Positions 1 through 10,999 of a stretch of 64,000 bases of DNA are shown piece after piece. Origin of the DNA: Trichosphaerium sp. ATCC 40318 (taxonomy: Eukaryota > Protista > Tubulinea); contig JALMLS010000220.1 in the NCBI GenBank assembly GCA_038496445.1, positions 1 through 64,000 of the forward strand. Direction: 5' to 3'. Positions within the stretch are counted from its first letter, which is position 1. The number at the start of each line of letters is the position of its first letter. The notes beneath the pieces are model-generated. The model saw nothing but the letters and a program-made list of their open reading frames with translations, ran no database searches and was not told the origin of the DNA. Both the position numbers and the translations under genes were made by a program.

Positions 1-586
1 TCGTCGTGATTTAAAGATAAAGCTACCAGTAACCGCTGTTAAATTCATCGAACCTCTTATTAACATGACGCAAGCGCAATTTGTTGTACGTCTCGCAAAG
101 AAGAACTTTGATTTGTAGATTTCTTTGATTTTTGATTTTTTTTTTGTTATTCTAAAGTTCCACGTGTTTGAGGCTTATCTTGCTTTAGAATATGTGGCGT
201 CAAATTAAAGGAGCCCCTAATGAAGCCACTGATCACTTTAATGCTAAACCTGAAGTCGGTTTGGAGGCTATTGCTAAGGTTATGACGTTTGGACTTCGCT
301 TTAGTATTCTCAATCATGTTGATCCTATAAGCACAATTTTGTTGGTGCTGGAACATTTTACAGCGGTAATGGACAAGTTGTTTGTATGGTAAGAGTAGAG
401 ACTAATCCAACAACAAGGTACGTAATTCAGTCAAAGAAGACAAAGGGGCTTGACCTCAATTTTTTGTAGCGTTTTACAACTTTGTTAAACTTTTCTTTTA
501 GGCAATGTCGTACTACTATCAAGACGTACAATAACGTTGTTACTCATGCTATTCGTAAACTACTTCTTGTTCAGTTAAAAGCATAG
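1..586 (+). CDS. AP2A: AP-2 complex alpha-adaptin, C-terminal appendage (3' end only; 3 exons; apparent 1-nt frameshift at ~327)
   Basis: Spliced translation LKIKLPVTAVKFIEP...QFVNMWRQIKG...HVDP/xKHNFVGAGTFY...CMVRVETNP..RQCRTTIKT matches the alpha-adaptin ear (LKLPVTINKF...VDPNPANFVGAG...CLLRLEPN). Introns start GTACGT at 86 and 418. Stop TAG 584-586. Confidence 0.85.
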
Positions 587-690
587 TTAATTAAGGCTAT
601 AAGCAACGCTGTATTAATTTGTCACCAAAACAAAAAAGAAAACAAAAACTGAAAAAAAAATAAAAAAGTTTGCATTTCATTACAACTTAA

Positions 691-2746
691 AGGATATTGT
701 GTTTGGAATACCAGAAATTACACATTTCAATAAAATTGACATCACATGGTGTCAATTAGTATTGCAGTTGGTAATCTAAAGGCTAATTTTATTTTTTTTT
801 CCTATGGTTGTCGTGAAGCTCAATTTTTTACAAAAAATAAGTGTCCAAAGTTTGACTTATTAACCATCTTTTGATCTGCATAACTTTTTCAGGTGAGTCC
901 AAAGCACTATTCCAATGTAACCTAGCCAAAGACTTTCTACAGCAATACATTTTAAACGTTTGATCCATTCCTTTTGGACAATACATGTTTGCCACGGCAT
1001 GAAAGCTTTCACAATTTGCAGTTCGTAACCCCAACAAATAGTGCTTTTCATCGAGGGCTGTTTCAAGTAAAAACAATCCAAGGCCTTCATAAGAGAAACT
1101 ACAGTTGGTTACAAACCCTGCATCAACACTGCGCTCTAAAAAAGAGAGCCAATGACATTGAAAGGTATATTCACTGCCAAAAGCATGTTCACATGTAAAG
1201 TCCCAATGTTTTTTGAAAAAAGGTATTGGGATTTTTTGCAGTTCTGGGTACACATAATTTCCACGTGCTTTCCAGCGTTGATCCCTAAATGCTTTGAATT
1301 TTTTAACTACCTTTCGTTGTTTATGCCAAACGTCGTAATGATGTTGTAAGCCGCCATGTCTAGGAATAGCTTTAATAATATCACATATTGACTTAGCAGC
1401 TCCACTGGATTCATCACTGACTAAATGATCTATCTTGGTTAAGTTTGATGCCAAATACCCCATACCATGATTTCTAGAAGCTTTTTCTTTGCTAAGACAG
1501 TTATAGGCTTTGCTGATAGCAGCATCAGCATGGCCTTGAACAATAATTTTTTGTGTTTTTGAACAAATAAAAGTTGCAGTGGCATATGGGGCTTGGGTGC
1601 CCATCCGTTGAGGTCTAGAGTGTTGTTCATCAAATTCAATACATGCACCTTGCCCTGTTAAAGCATATACTTTGTTAAGACCAGTGAGCATGGCTTCGTC
1701 CTCCATCAAAGTTAACTGCTCAACTTTGGTTTGAAATATTTTGGTACATAGTTTAAATCGGTCTCGAGTGATACCATGCACCTTGATCACTTTCAAAAAA
1801 TCCATTGCTTGTTTCCAATTTAATCCATTGAGCAGTGTAGCAGAGGCTACCAAACAATTAATAGTCCATCTTCTATTAGCCTTCTGTATAAAAATGAGAA
1901 AATAGAAACAATAATAACAAGTGACATCAATTAAAAAACATAAAAACTGCCTTACATACCCTAGCATCCAAGTCTACGCAATGTATACTGTAGTCAGAAG
2001 TCTCTGCCACCATGCTAGCACCACAACCATCCACAAAAACGTCTACATTAAGCACACAAGTGTTTTTAGCCCCCATGATGTAATATTGTTTGCAAAGCTC
2101 CAAAATCTGTCCCACATTTGCAAACACATATGAATCTGTTGTACAACGCTCAACACCTTTAGGCACACTCCTTTCAACATGGCAATTGCCTGAAAATGTT
2201 GATGTCAACACCTAAGGTAAGATGAGAAAAAAAAAAAGAGCATTAAAAAAAAAAGGCTGTAGTTGGATTAGTATGGGACATCAACTGAGGTAATGAAATT
2301 TTTTGATAGATAAGAGTTTCAGAATTCCAAAAATATTGTTAATTTTTTTTAGGTGTGAGGGCCATACATCTTCTCGGGTTGGGTACTTTTTAAAACATGA
2401 TTTATGAATGTAACCTTCCTGTAGTGTTATCTCACGTGTGGGAAACACTATTTTGTGACCAATTGTCCAATTGGTATCATTTTTAGAAACTTTTAGTCTA
2501 TTGCCTTTTTTAGTACATTTATTGCACATGATACACTTCTCCTTGGTATAACTCATGTTGTTATACCTTTTATAGTGTAATTTATTTGACAGCACGTGAA
2601 TTTCAAAAAAAATGAATTTTACGGCAAAAAAAAAAAAAGATGAATTTTGACCTTTATTTAGCTCAAAAATACATTTTAGCTCCACTGCACAACTTACAGT
2701 GTTGTGAAAGTGCCGTGTACAAAGTATCAGCCAAACTTACTTTCCT
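691..2746 (-). mobile_element. Kolobok-superfamily DNA transposon (2,056 bp), TTAA target-site duplication, imperfect 16-bp TIRs
   Basis: TTAA at 687-690 and 2747-2750 flank AGG...CCT termini. Left end AGGATATTGTGTTTGG vs reverse complement of right end AGGAAAGTAAGTTTGG (12/16 identical). Encloses a DDE transposase gene. Confidence 0.85.
828..2556 (-). CDS. DDE transposase (Kolobok/Mutator-related), ~498 aa, 3 exons (2556-2368, 2211-1960, 1883-828)
   Basis: N-terminal CxxC...HxxC Zn module. Catalytic D (CIEFDEQH), D (LVSDESS), D-x2-H motif (HYDVWH) and E (TANCESFHAVANMYCPK...LARLHWN). GT-AG introns join the frames without stops. Confidence 0.85.
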
Positions 2747-3109
2747 TTAAACGTTGCGATACTGTTGCAAAAATTCGAGAAGCAAATCCTTGTTCATATT
2801 GTGCGGGAGAATTTGTGAGCTAATTAGTATCGCTAAGCAAAGGAATTTAGCAGGAGTATCACCATAGTAGGTAAAAAATTGAGCCTTTATTGGGTTTGCG
2901 AGATGCTCAAAAATGATCAAATAGTCTGCAAGTGTACAAAACACATTCCTATGCGTTTGGAGTCGATACAGGGAATTAGAACAAATCATTTGAATATGAC
3001 TTTGTGTCTGTTCATCGTGGTAGGGTAGTCAATGCAATTGTGCTTAGTTTATTGGGGTTCTGAAGAAGGCTATAACGCCTGACTTATCTTCCTCGTAAAG
3101 GGAGCTCAT
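2747..3109 (-). pseudogene. Disrupted ORF of unknown family next to the transposon
   Basis: ATG at ~3109 reads MSSLYEEDKSGVIAFFRTPIN*AQLH*LPYHDEQ... in frame with the 80-aa ORF 2747-2989. It has two internal stops, and the terminal TAA coincides with the TTAA target duplication. Confidence 0.4.
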
Positions 3110-3226
3110 GGTTCAAATTCAAACGAAAACCTAGTTGGCGCACTGTGCACAGTATATTGGCCAGCATAACAAATTGGCACATTTTTATACTCTATCATGG
3201 TAATAGCCTGTAGAGTTAGAGATCTT

Positions 3227-4082
3227 TTAGGTGTTGAATGTACTCCTTCTTGAGCCTTCGTTGTACGTGGAATGTTCGATCAAAATTCCGTTTTTATCCC
3301 ACCTTTTGTACTCGCCATGTTTCTTGTCATCCTTGTAAAAGCCAAGCTCGCGCATTTGTCCATTTTCGCGCCATGTTTTGAACTCTCCTTGGGCAAGCTG
3401 TCGTTTGTAATACCGACTTTCTGCTATTTGTCCATTTCTCCACCACTTTCTGTACTCTCCATGGTATCTGCCGTCCTCGTACCAGTTATGATAGCACATT
3501 TGGCCATTTTCATACCATTCCTTGCTTTCTCCATCTATGTAGCCGTCCTTGTAGTGCCAAAGGCTGTCGACTTGTCCATTTTCAAACCAAGTCTTGTACT
3601 CTCCATCTATAATGTCATTTTTAAAACTTTTCTGCCGGTGCTTTGTTCCGTCCTTGTACCACGTGATAAAATCACCCTCACGCCGACCGTCAATGTAAAA
3701 AGATTTCATTTTGAGTTGTCCATTGTTGAACCATGTTTTGCGCTCTCCATGCTTTAACCATCCTTGTAATTGCACTTTTCTATAAGCACTCCATTTTCGT
3801 GCCATTCTTGAAACCTTCCATGCAAGTTGTGATCCCTGTACAACGACAGACGGAAAAGGTGATCGTTTCTCCACTCTCGCGTTTGCTGTTCTCCTTGTCA
3901 TCCACGAATCTACAGCACGTTCCGAGTTTGCCATTTTTACCATAAAATTTATGTTCTCCCTGTCGTTTGCCATCCAAATATAGGCCAGTGTTGTACACGA
4001 TTCCATTGTCGTGCCACTGCATCATCTTGCCGTGGTATTTGCCATCTGTCATGTTATTTAGTCTGTTCTTTCTGCGTTCCAC
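3227..4082 (-). pseudogene. MORN-variant (YwqK-type) repeat gene, intronless, two frameshifts
   Basis: Repeats G-E-Y-K-x-W-x-x-N-G-Q run through three reading frames. Single-base gaps near 3875 (cgc ga gag tgg) and 3755 (ggt ta aag cat). The middle frame reads HGRFQEWHENGVLIEKCNYKDG. Confidence 0.75.
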
Positions 4083-4235
4083 CTCGTAGCATCGTGATGC
4101 AGTATTTTAATGCTGTCAAGCGTAGTGCGTAGTTAATAATTGTTTAAAACAATTCTTCAGGAGATTCGATGTGTTTGACAATTCTGTTCTGTGAACTTCA
4201 TTAGAGTTGCCAAAGTCACTTTTTAAGACACCAAC

Positions 4236-5786
4236 ATGGCACAACAACAAGCCTCTATCACTGTAAAGTCAAAACTCGTTGGAGAAAACGACTTGCGTCG
4301 TGTTACTCTCCCTGCTGAAGGACTAACATTTGTACTCCTCGCGGAAAAGCTTAGAACTTTGTATGCATACAAGGACATCTCTAAAGCGAAGATTAAATAC
4401 CTCGACCCTGAAAATGACAAGATTACCGTACGCCACAATGGGTCATAGTGGGAGTTCTTAAAATTGTCTTAGATATCCTCTGATGAAGAATTGAGAGAAG
4501 CTTTAAAACTTATTGCGTCAGATAGTATTCTCCGCCTTTTTATTGTCCCTGCAAGGCAACCAGGCGAATTAACAGGAGTACGGCTTTATCGTTTGGGTTT
4601 TTGAAGCAAAACTAATTTAAAACAGGAAACTGTATCCTTAGATGAACGTATTGAAGCCGCAACTGCCGCAATACTAAAGGACGTCAACAACCCAGCACTT
4701 GATGATGAAATTCGTGGTTTTATTTCTACTCTATCAACATCGCTGCCTAACTGCGTCCAACGCAAACCTAGTACGTATTTTTACAGGCGGTTTTTTTTTC
4801 ATTTGTTAACAGTTTTCCAGCTGAGCGTCGCCTTATGCGCATCCTGCGTCGTCGTGTGTTTCAAACAATGAACGACAAAGCTCTCAGGCTATTGGACTCT
4901 ACAAAACCAGAAAACTTCACCCACGCACGCGATTTACTCCAAGGACAACTAGGAATATTCCCAAACGATATTTATAGCATGTACAACCTTGCTTGTAGCG
5001 AATCTCTCCTAAACAATAAGGACGCAGCTTGTGCTGCTTTGAGAAAGTCCGTTGATATGGGATTTAACCGCTTACAAGCTATGCAAAACGATAAGGACCT
5101 CGATAACATCAGGTAAACGCAAACTCTTAATTTTGATCCATTTTTTTCTTTCTCTCAGAAAATCAGGCTCCTTTGAACCTATCCTCGCTCAGAGTTAGGA
5201 ATAATTTAACTGGCATTAACACGTGCCTTTGGAAGCCTCCTTTTTTTAATGAAAAAATTGTTCACAACCGTGCTTTGTGGCACGAAGTTGTTAACATTGC
5301 ATGTTTTTTTTTTCATTTACAAAATCTTACCCTTGCGTTAGAAATGAAGTTTTATACACTCAAATCGTTACCGAGTTGGAAAAAGATAATGGACGTCGTG
5401 GTGGATGTCGCAAAGGAAGAGCACGTTTTGGCGGACGCCGTGGACGTTGTGGCCGCGGACGCGGTGGACGTGGTAGAGGTAGACGCCATAGAGGAAAGAA
5501 ATTCGAGAACGAAGGAAGTGATTCTGAACAATCACTCGATGGTTCAGTTGAAGAAGAGCCATCCGTTGAGGAACAACCACAAGAGCCTGTTGAACCTGAA
5601 GAAGAAGATGCTACCGAAATCCCTGAAGGCATAACCCAGTCAGCTATTGATACCGCAAATGACTTTGCACGCTCCTTGGAGAGTTTGTCTGGCATGGGAT
5701 TTTCTGATAGAAAATCCAATATTGAAGCTTTAGTTCATTCACGTGGTGACCTTACTGGTGCTGTTAAATTCTTGTTGGACAACTGA
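4236..5786 (+). CDS. PB1 + TPR-like + RG-rich/acidic + UBA protein (p62/NBR1-like architecture)
   Basis: PB1 (ITVKSKL...LRRV...IKYLDPENDKIT|ISSDEEL), TPR-like (YNLACSESLL...DKDLDNIR), RGG stretch, acidic linker and C-terminal UBA (LSGMGFSDRKSNIEALVHSRGDLTGAVKFL). Introns are GT-AG and in frame. Confidence 0.8.
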
Positions 5787-6069
5787 GAGAATTGATTTGT
5801 CAACTCAACTTGATAAAAGGGTGTATTACCTGACATTGACAAGTAATAAAAAATATCATTATCCCTTTAGTTGTAATTCCTTGCGAATCTTTTTTTTATT
5901 GAGGGTCCGTATTACTTGCTTTTCTATAAGGGCACCCTTAAGCAGATATATTGGATTGGCCCGTCGCTTTGTTAGCAAGAGCTTGTATTTACAAAGACCT
6001 TTTTATACAAGTGGAATAGGCTTTATTTAATTTTTTTTGTATTTGTACAAACAGTCACCAAAAAAAAAC

Positions 6070-7586
6070 AGTGACCTTTTGGGCTGAGGTTAATACTTCC
6101 AGCTTAGCAACTAGTATAGCGTGGTATATAATGACTACTACTTAGCTCTTTCTACAGACATGAAATAACCTGCAAAAGCGAATTAACAAGAACGGTAGCT
6201 TCAAAAAAAAAAGCAGAAAAGAAATCAATTTGCTTACCAATACAATAAGCAACAACAGCTGCAAATCCACCGATTGAAACCATTTCGATAGCGGAATCTA
6301 TAATACGTTCTTGAGTAATCTTTGCCCTAAAGAAAAACGTGTTAATATAATAATGATAACATGTATGCTGAAGTTCAAAGAGAAGGCCCAAAAAAAGTTG
6401 CGGTAATTGTTTTTTGAACAACGATAATAAAAATTGCAAGAATGGTTATTATAACACTTGTTCAAATAGGGTCATGTGAATACTTTTCGTTCGAATTTAT
6501 TGTCCGAAAGTCTAAAAAAGGAAAGGGCGCAAAAATCTTACCTTGCAACACCCAATGCGACCAATGTGCATCCTGTAAGGAAACAAGCTGAAAAGAATCC
6601 TCTAAATGATGCGCCAAGACCGACATACATTGTGACATCCGCCAACAGTGGAATGAATCCAAAGAAAACTAAAAAACAAAGTAAGAAAAAAACACTTTTT
6701 TTTTTGGATAATAAAATTAACAAAACCCCAAATTTCTCAATCCCTACTCCAACCAAATAGAACCAAACTTACTAAAAGCCATGAAAGTATAAAAAGCAGA
6801 CTTTGTAGGTGATGGTGGCTCCTCTGTAAGCTCTTCTTCCATCATTACAATGTCAACAGTCGTAGTTGCATTTTTCGATATTATTTGTGATAATTTTTCA
6901 GCTTCTTCTGCATGAAACCCTCTTCTTTTAAATATGGCGTTTAGCTTGTCCTTATACATTTGAGGAAACTGGTCGTAAGCTGGAAAAAATTGAGTTAGAA
7001 TTGTTTCAGCGTTCAAGTCCGTTTTACGGGTAAAGTGAAGGCGTAGAGCCAATATAAACCCACTAGCGCGTGCATACAGGGTACTAAAGGTATTTTCGAA
7101 CATCGAAAAAAAAATAACGCAAAAAATATCGCGACGTGGGTTTTCGCGAGTTTGGTGATGCTATGTAGTATCGTACCTTTGTAATTTTTATCTAGTTCGC
7201 GTTGTTTTGATTCCGTCTCAGAAGTTTGGCTCAAAAAGTCTGATACTCCCATAGATATGGCGTCTGCGAACAGATTGGAGAATCCCAGTATCAAAATCAA
7301 TCCAGACGCTACATCTGCGCCGTAACAACCAGCAACAAGACCAAATATGCTGTTGGACGTGTTATCGCTTTAATAGATCATTGTGGAGCGATTTTACCTT
7401 ACAATGCCGTCTGTGCCGCCGTATACAATACTTCGCACGTATTTTACCAAGTCGCGTGAGCGGAAGAATGGTTCTCGTCGTTCCATAGGCTTTCTACTCA
7501 ACTGTCGTGGTGTGTGATTGCTGTTGCTCTAAGAAACACGATTTAGTGACAACTAAGTCTTACCAAACTCGTAAATAACGTACCAT
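6070..7586 (-). CDS. VIT1: VIT1/CCC1-family vacuolar iron/manganese transporter (3' end approximate)
   Basis: YVRSIVYGGTDGIVS|IFGLVAG...LILGFSNLFADAISMGVSDFLS, SPTKSAFYTFMAF..FG, GGFAAVVAYCIG. Multi-exon. Confidence 0.85.
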
Positions 7587-8338
7587 CGTACGTAAAGGTT
7601 TGTTTAATGTACTATCACGGTCTACGGAATGCAAATACTGTGGGATTGTTAGGTGTTGGCGTTTAAAATGTTGTATGTGCAGAAATTGTTACAGTGTAGT
7701 GCGTTGTAGGTGCTTTACGGTGGATTTTGAATAAAAACAGGCTTAGACTGGACTTTTAGTCTACAAATTTCATATTTCCACGCGGTATGCATGCAACACA
7801 ACGTTAAAGTGACGTACCTCCTTGCTTTTGCGTACGGTACAAAAAGGTGTGACATTTGTCTCATTTGGGACAATGTTTGGGCGTATAAGGGTGTTTCCAC
7901 TGCGTAGAGGAGGGTAAAGGGCTGCCATGGTGGTAGAAATACAGAGAAATTGAACAATTTTTCTTTTTACTCAGGCGCTAGTACAATGTGAACGTCTTTT
8001 CAAACTCAGGTATTTAAATATAGCTTTTATGTGTAGTACATAGAGTAATCCGGGATAGTGTGAAGTACAAAATGTTGCTCTTATTGTTGGTAACAGTGTC
8101 CAAAACTAAATCATTTTTTTTTGAACTTTTTGTGCACGTGATTACATTAAGAGTAAAAACGTCTTCAATTTCGCTGGTTATGAGCATATATACTGTTATT
8201 CCGTATCAACGTTTCCATGAATGTATTTTGAACATGGTAAGGAGTGCGCTTCACGAGTAAACTGTATGCAGTTTGTATTTTTTTCGTTTTTTTTCAGCGT
8301 ATTTTCGAGCAAAGCTAAAATAAAATTAACAAATAGCT

Positions 8339-9727
8339 ATGGAGAAGGTAGAAAAGGATACCATGCAAAAGGAAGCACCGCCAAAGTGGATTAGACTCAA
8401 TGTCGGAGGCAGATCATTTACTACAACAGCTCAAACACTTTGTTTCGGTAATAATATATCCATTACGCTCCTTATACGTAATAGACGCGACTTCAATGCT
8501 CGCTGCGATGTTTAGTGATGGATTACAACTAAAATCGGCAGATGTAGATGAAACAGGTGCATATCTTATAGACAGGAGTCCTGTATACTTTGTAAGCCAT
8601 ATTACACTATATTATCAGTTTCTAAACTGCTTTATCTCAGGCGCCTATACTCAACTTTCTACGCACTGGTAAACTCATAGTTGATCCTAATATTAGCTTG
8701 GAGGTAGTTTTACCAACGTTACGCCTTTTTGAACGTTTTTAACAGGGCGTTCATGAAGAAGCGACTTATTTTCAGATTAAATCGCTTATGGACTTACTGG
8801 ATAAATCAAAACGTCCTGATATGACAAGAAGAGATTTTATAAAGTTCGAGGATAGGTCGTCATTCCAAGGTGCTGGGTAAGCACGTGATTTATTTGACCA
8901 AAAACCCCGTAATTTGATTAAAAAAATGCGCATATGGTTGACATTGTTTAAAGTGTAAGGCTATCAGGAATTGATTTATCGAAGTTAAATCTTGTTGGAT
9001 TTCGATTTGATGACTGTATTGCAACAAATACGGATTTCTCTGGATGCACAATACGTGGTGGAAGCTTCCAGAATGTAAGTTGTGTTTTGTTTATTAAGTT
9101 GTTATTCGTTGTTCTTTCTTTTGTTTGACCTTTGATTTATAGGCCATTGCTACAGAAGCTTTATTTATAAATGCTCTAGGAGATAGGCTTATGTGTTGTG
9201 AAGCACAACTAATACGTGCAAAATTCGCAGGCGCTCAATTAGTCGCAAGCAACTTTTCTTCAGCTGATTTAGAAGATAGTTCTTTTGAAAACGCTGTGTG
9301 TAATTCAGGTAAGGTCTTAATAATATTACTTTGATAAAGTAGGTAAAAGTACAGTGGTGTTGATGTTTTTTACATAGCATTGTTTCAATACAGTAATCTT
9401 GTGAATGCAAACTTCAAAAACTGTAATCTTCAACACGCCAAATTACAATCTGCAATCTGTCGAGGTTGTGACTTTACTGGTGCTACTTGTACTGGTATGT
9501 ACCTTACAGGTGCTGATCTTAGAGGAGCAACTATAGATTGGTCTCAGATTGATGAATATTGTGCAAGAGGAGCAATAATAACAAAGAAACAGTTTGATAA
9601 GATGCCACTTCCTGATTCTGAAAAAGCTTTGTTTAAATTCAAGATTGAAGAAGATGCACAAGAAAGAGAAAGATCACCACATGTCAAAATGACACGCAGG
9701 CAAAGAGTAAACGAAATTGTATATTAG
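8339..9727 (+). CDS. BTB/POZ (KCTD T1) + pentapeptide-repeat protein, KCTD9-like
   Basis: WIRLNVGGRSFTTTAQTL...SMLAAMFS...GAYLIDRSPVYF|APILNFLRTG, followed by pentapeptide repeats (ANFKNCNLQHAKLQSAICRGCDFTGATCTG...ADLRGA). Confidence 0.85.
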
Positions 9728-10159
9728 AAGCATTTGTTACAGTAAAAGTGAATAAAAAAAAGTGTAAACAATCTTCACTTATACAGTAATTTTTTTGTAA
9801 AAAGTGGTATTACCAGTTTAATTTTTAGACCTGTTATGCCGTTTAAATCCCCAAACAGTACATTCCTTCCCTATACATCAAATTAACACTTTTTAGAAAC
9901 CAGAAGCACTCACAGCATCCAGGTAGCTCTTTTCCACCAGCGATACTTGTGCATGTAAGTGCGTCCTTGAAAAACTTATAAAGGTTCTCCCTGGCACCCA
10001 AGAACCCCAGAAAAGTGAATTTAAAAGGCACTGAAACGTGCCCGAATTTGAGAATTACTTTGCTTGCCAAGACTGGCAAACCAAATGATTATAAAACCTT
10101 AGCGTTTTTCTAAAAAAGATGAATCTATTTATTGCCAGTAATTGATAGATTAGTTACGC

Positions 10160-10518
10160 CTAACAATCTCTATGTCCATGTAAACATGATTTATACTCAT
10201 TGTAGCAAGCTTCCCGCCATCTGTCAACACAGGCATTACGGGTAATAAGGGGGTATACTGGACAATTTATTGGTGCATTGGCATAACACCAATCTCTCTC
10301 ACGTATACAACACCTCCAAACCTACAAACAGAATAACCATATATGCATAATTATGTCTGTTGGCAAAGCAAAGTACTTTCTGCGCACGTGGAAGAAAGAG
10401 TTTAATCAGCCAAAAAAAAGCTTGCTTACCGATTGTTGGGTTTCTTCGGAATTCTCACTCCGGCATACCACCTTTTACAAATTATGACAGATAAGAGTAG
10501 TAGAGTTGTTGTTTGCAT
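10160..10518 (-). pseudogene. Small secreted Cys-rich peptide gene with a 1-nt frameshift
   Basis: Hydrophobic leader MQTTTLLLLSVIIC, then a frame switch near 10475 to VVCRSENSEETQQS, intron 10429-10322, and exon VWRCCIRERDWCYANAPINCPVYPLITRNACVDRWREACYNEYKSCLHGHRDC* with 8 Cys. Confidence 0.45.
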
Positions 10519-10999
10519 GTTTGAATTGCTTGAATTATGACTATAATTGAGCTTCGAGTTTTTATCACGCTATTGTTGCGTTATAATAACATCACCTTTT
10601 GTCGTCAACACGTGGCGTCATAGAACATGAAAAATTGGCATCAATAAACTAAGTGATAATCCAGTACATCAAAGTAAAACTGTAAATACTGCAAGTTTAC
10701 GATTTTCTGAAAATACTGTTCTAGTAGTCAGACAGACTCGCAGTATCTCAATGACTCATGTCAGCAGTATAGCTGGAATCCTATTTGGGATGTTACTTTG
10801 CCTGTCCGTAATTGTGAAACCTTTATTTCAAAGTAGAGTGTAGACTAACAACTGGTGATATTCTACTTCTCGTGTGCCTCGCGTTTGATAACTCGTCTTT
10901 ACAAATATTGAATTATTATTGGCATAGTAACGTCATGTAGCAGCATTATTCTGATCAAATCAATATTTAGAATATGCCACATTTTGCTCTGCCTGAGCT

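Noticed and set aside
3272-3757. 161-aa hydrophobic ORF on + (likewise 29041-29403 on -)
   Set aside because: Antisense shadow of the MORN repeats.
4631-4640. GTATCCTT U12-type donor motif
   Set aside because: It lies within an in-frame exon of the PB1 gene, and no U12 intron is needed to rebuild the ORF.
5173-5719. Overlapping ORFs 5173-5634 (+) and 5360-5719 (-)
   Set aside because: Alternative-frame and antisense by-products of the low-complexity RG/acidic exon.
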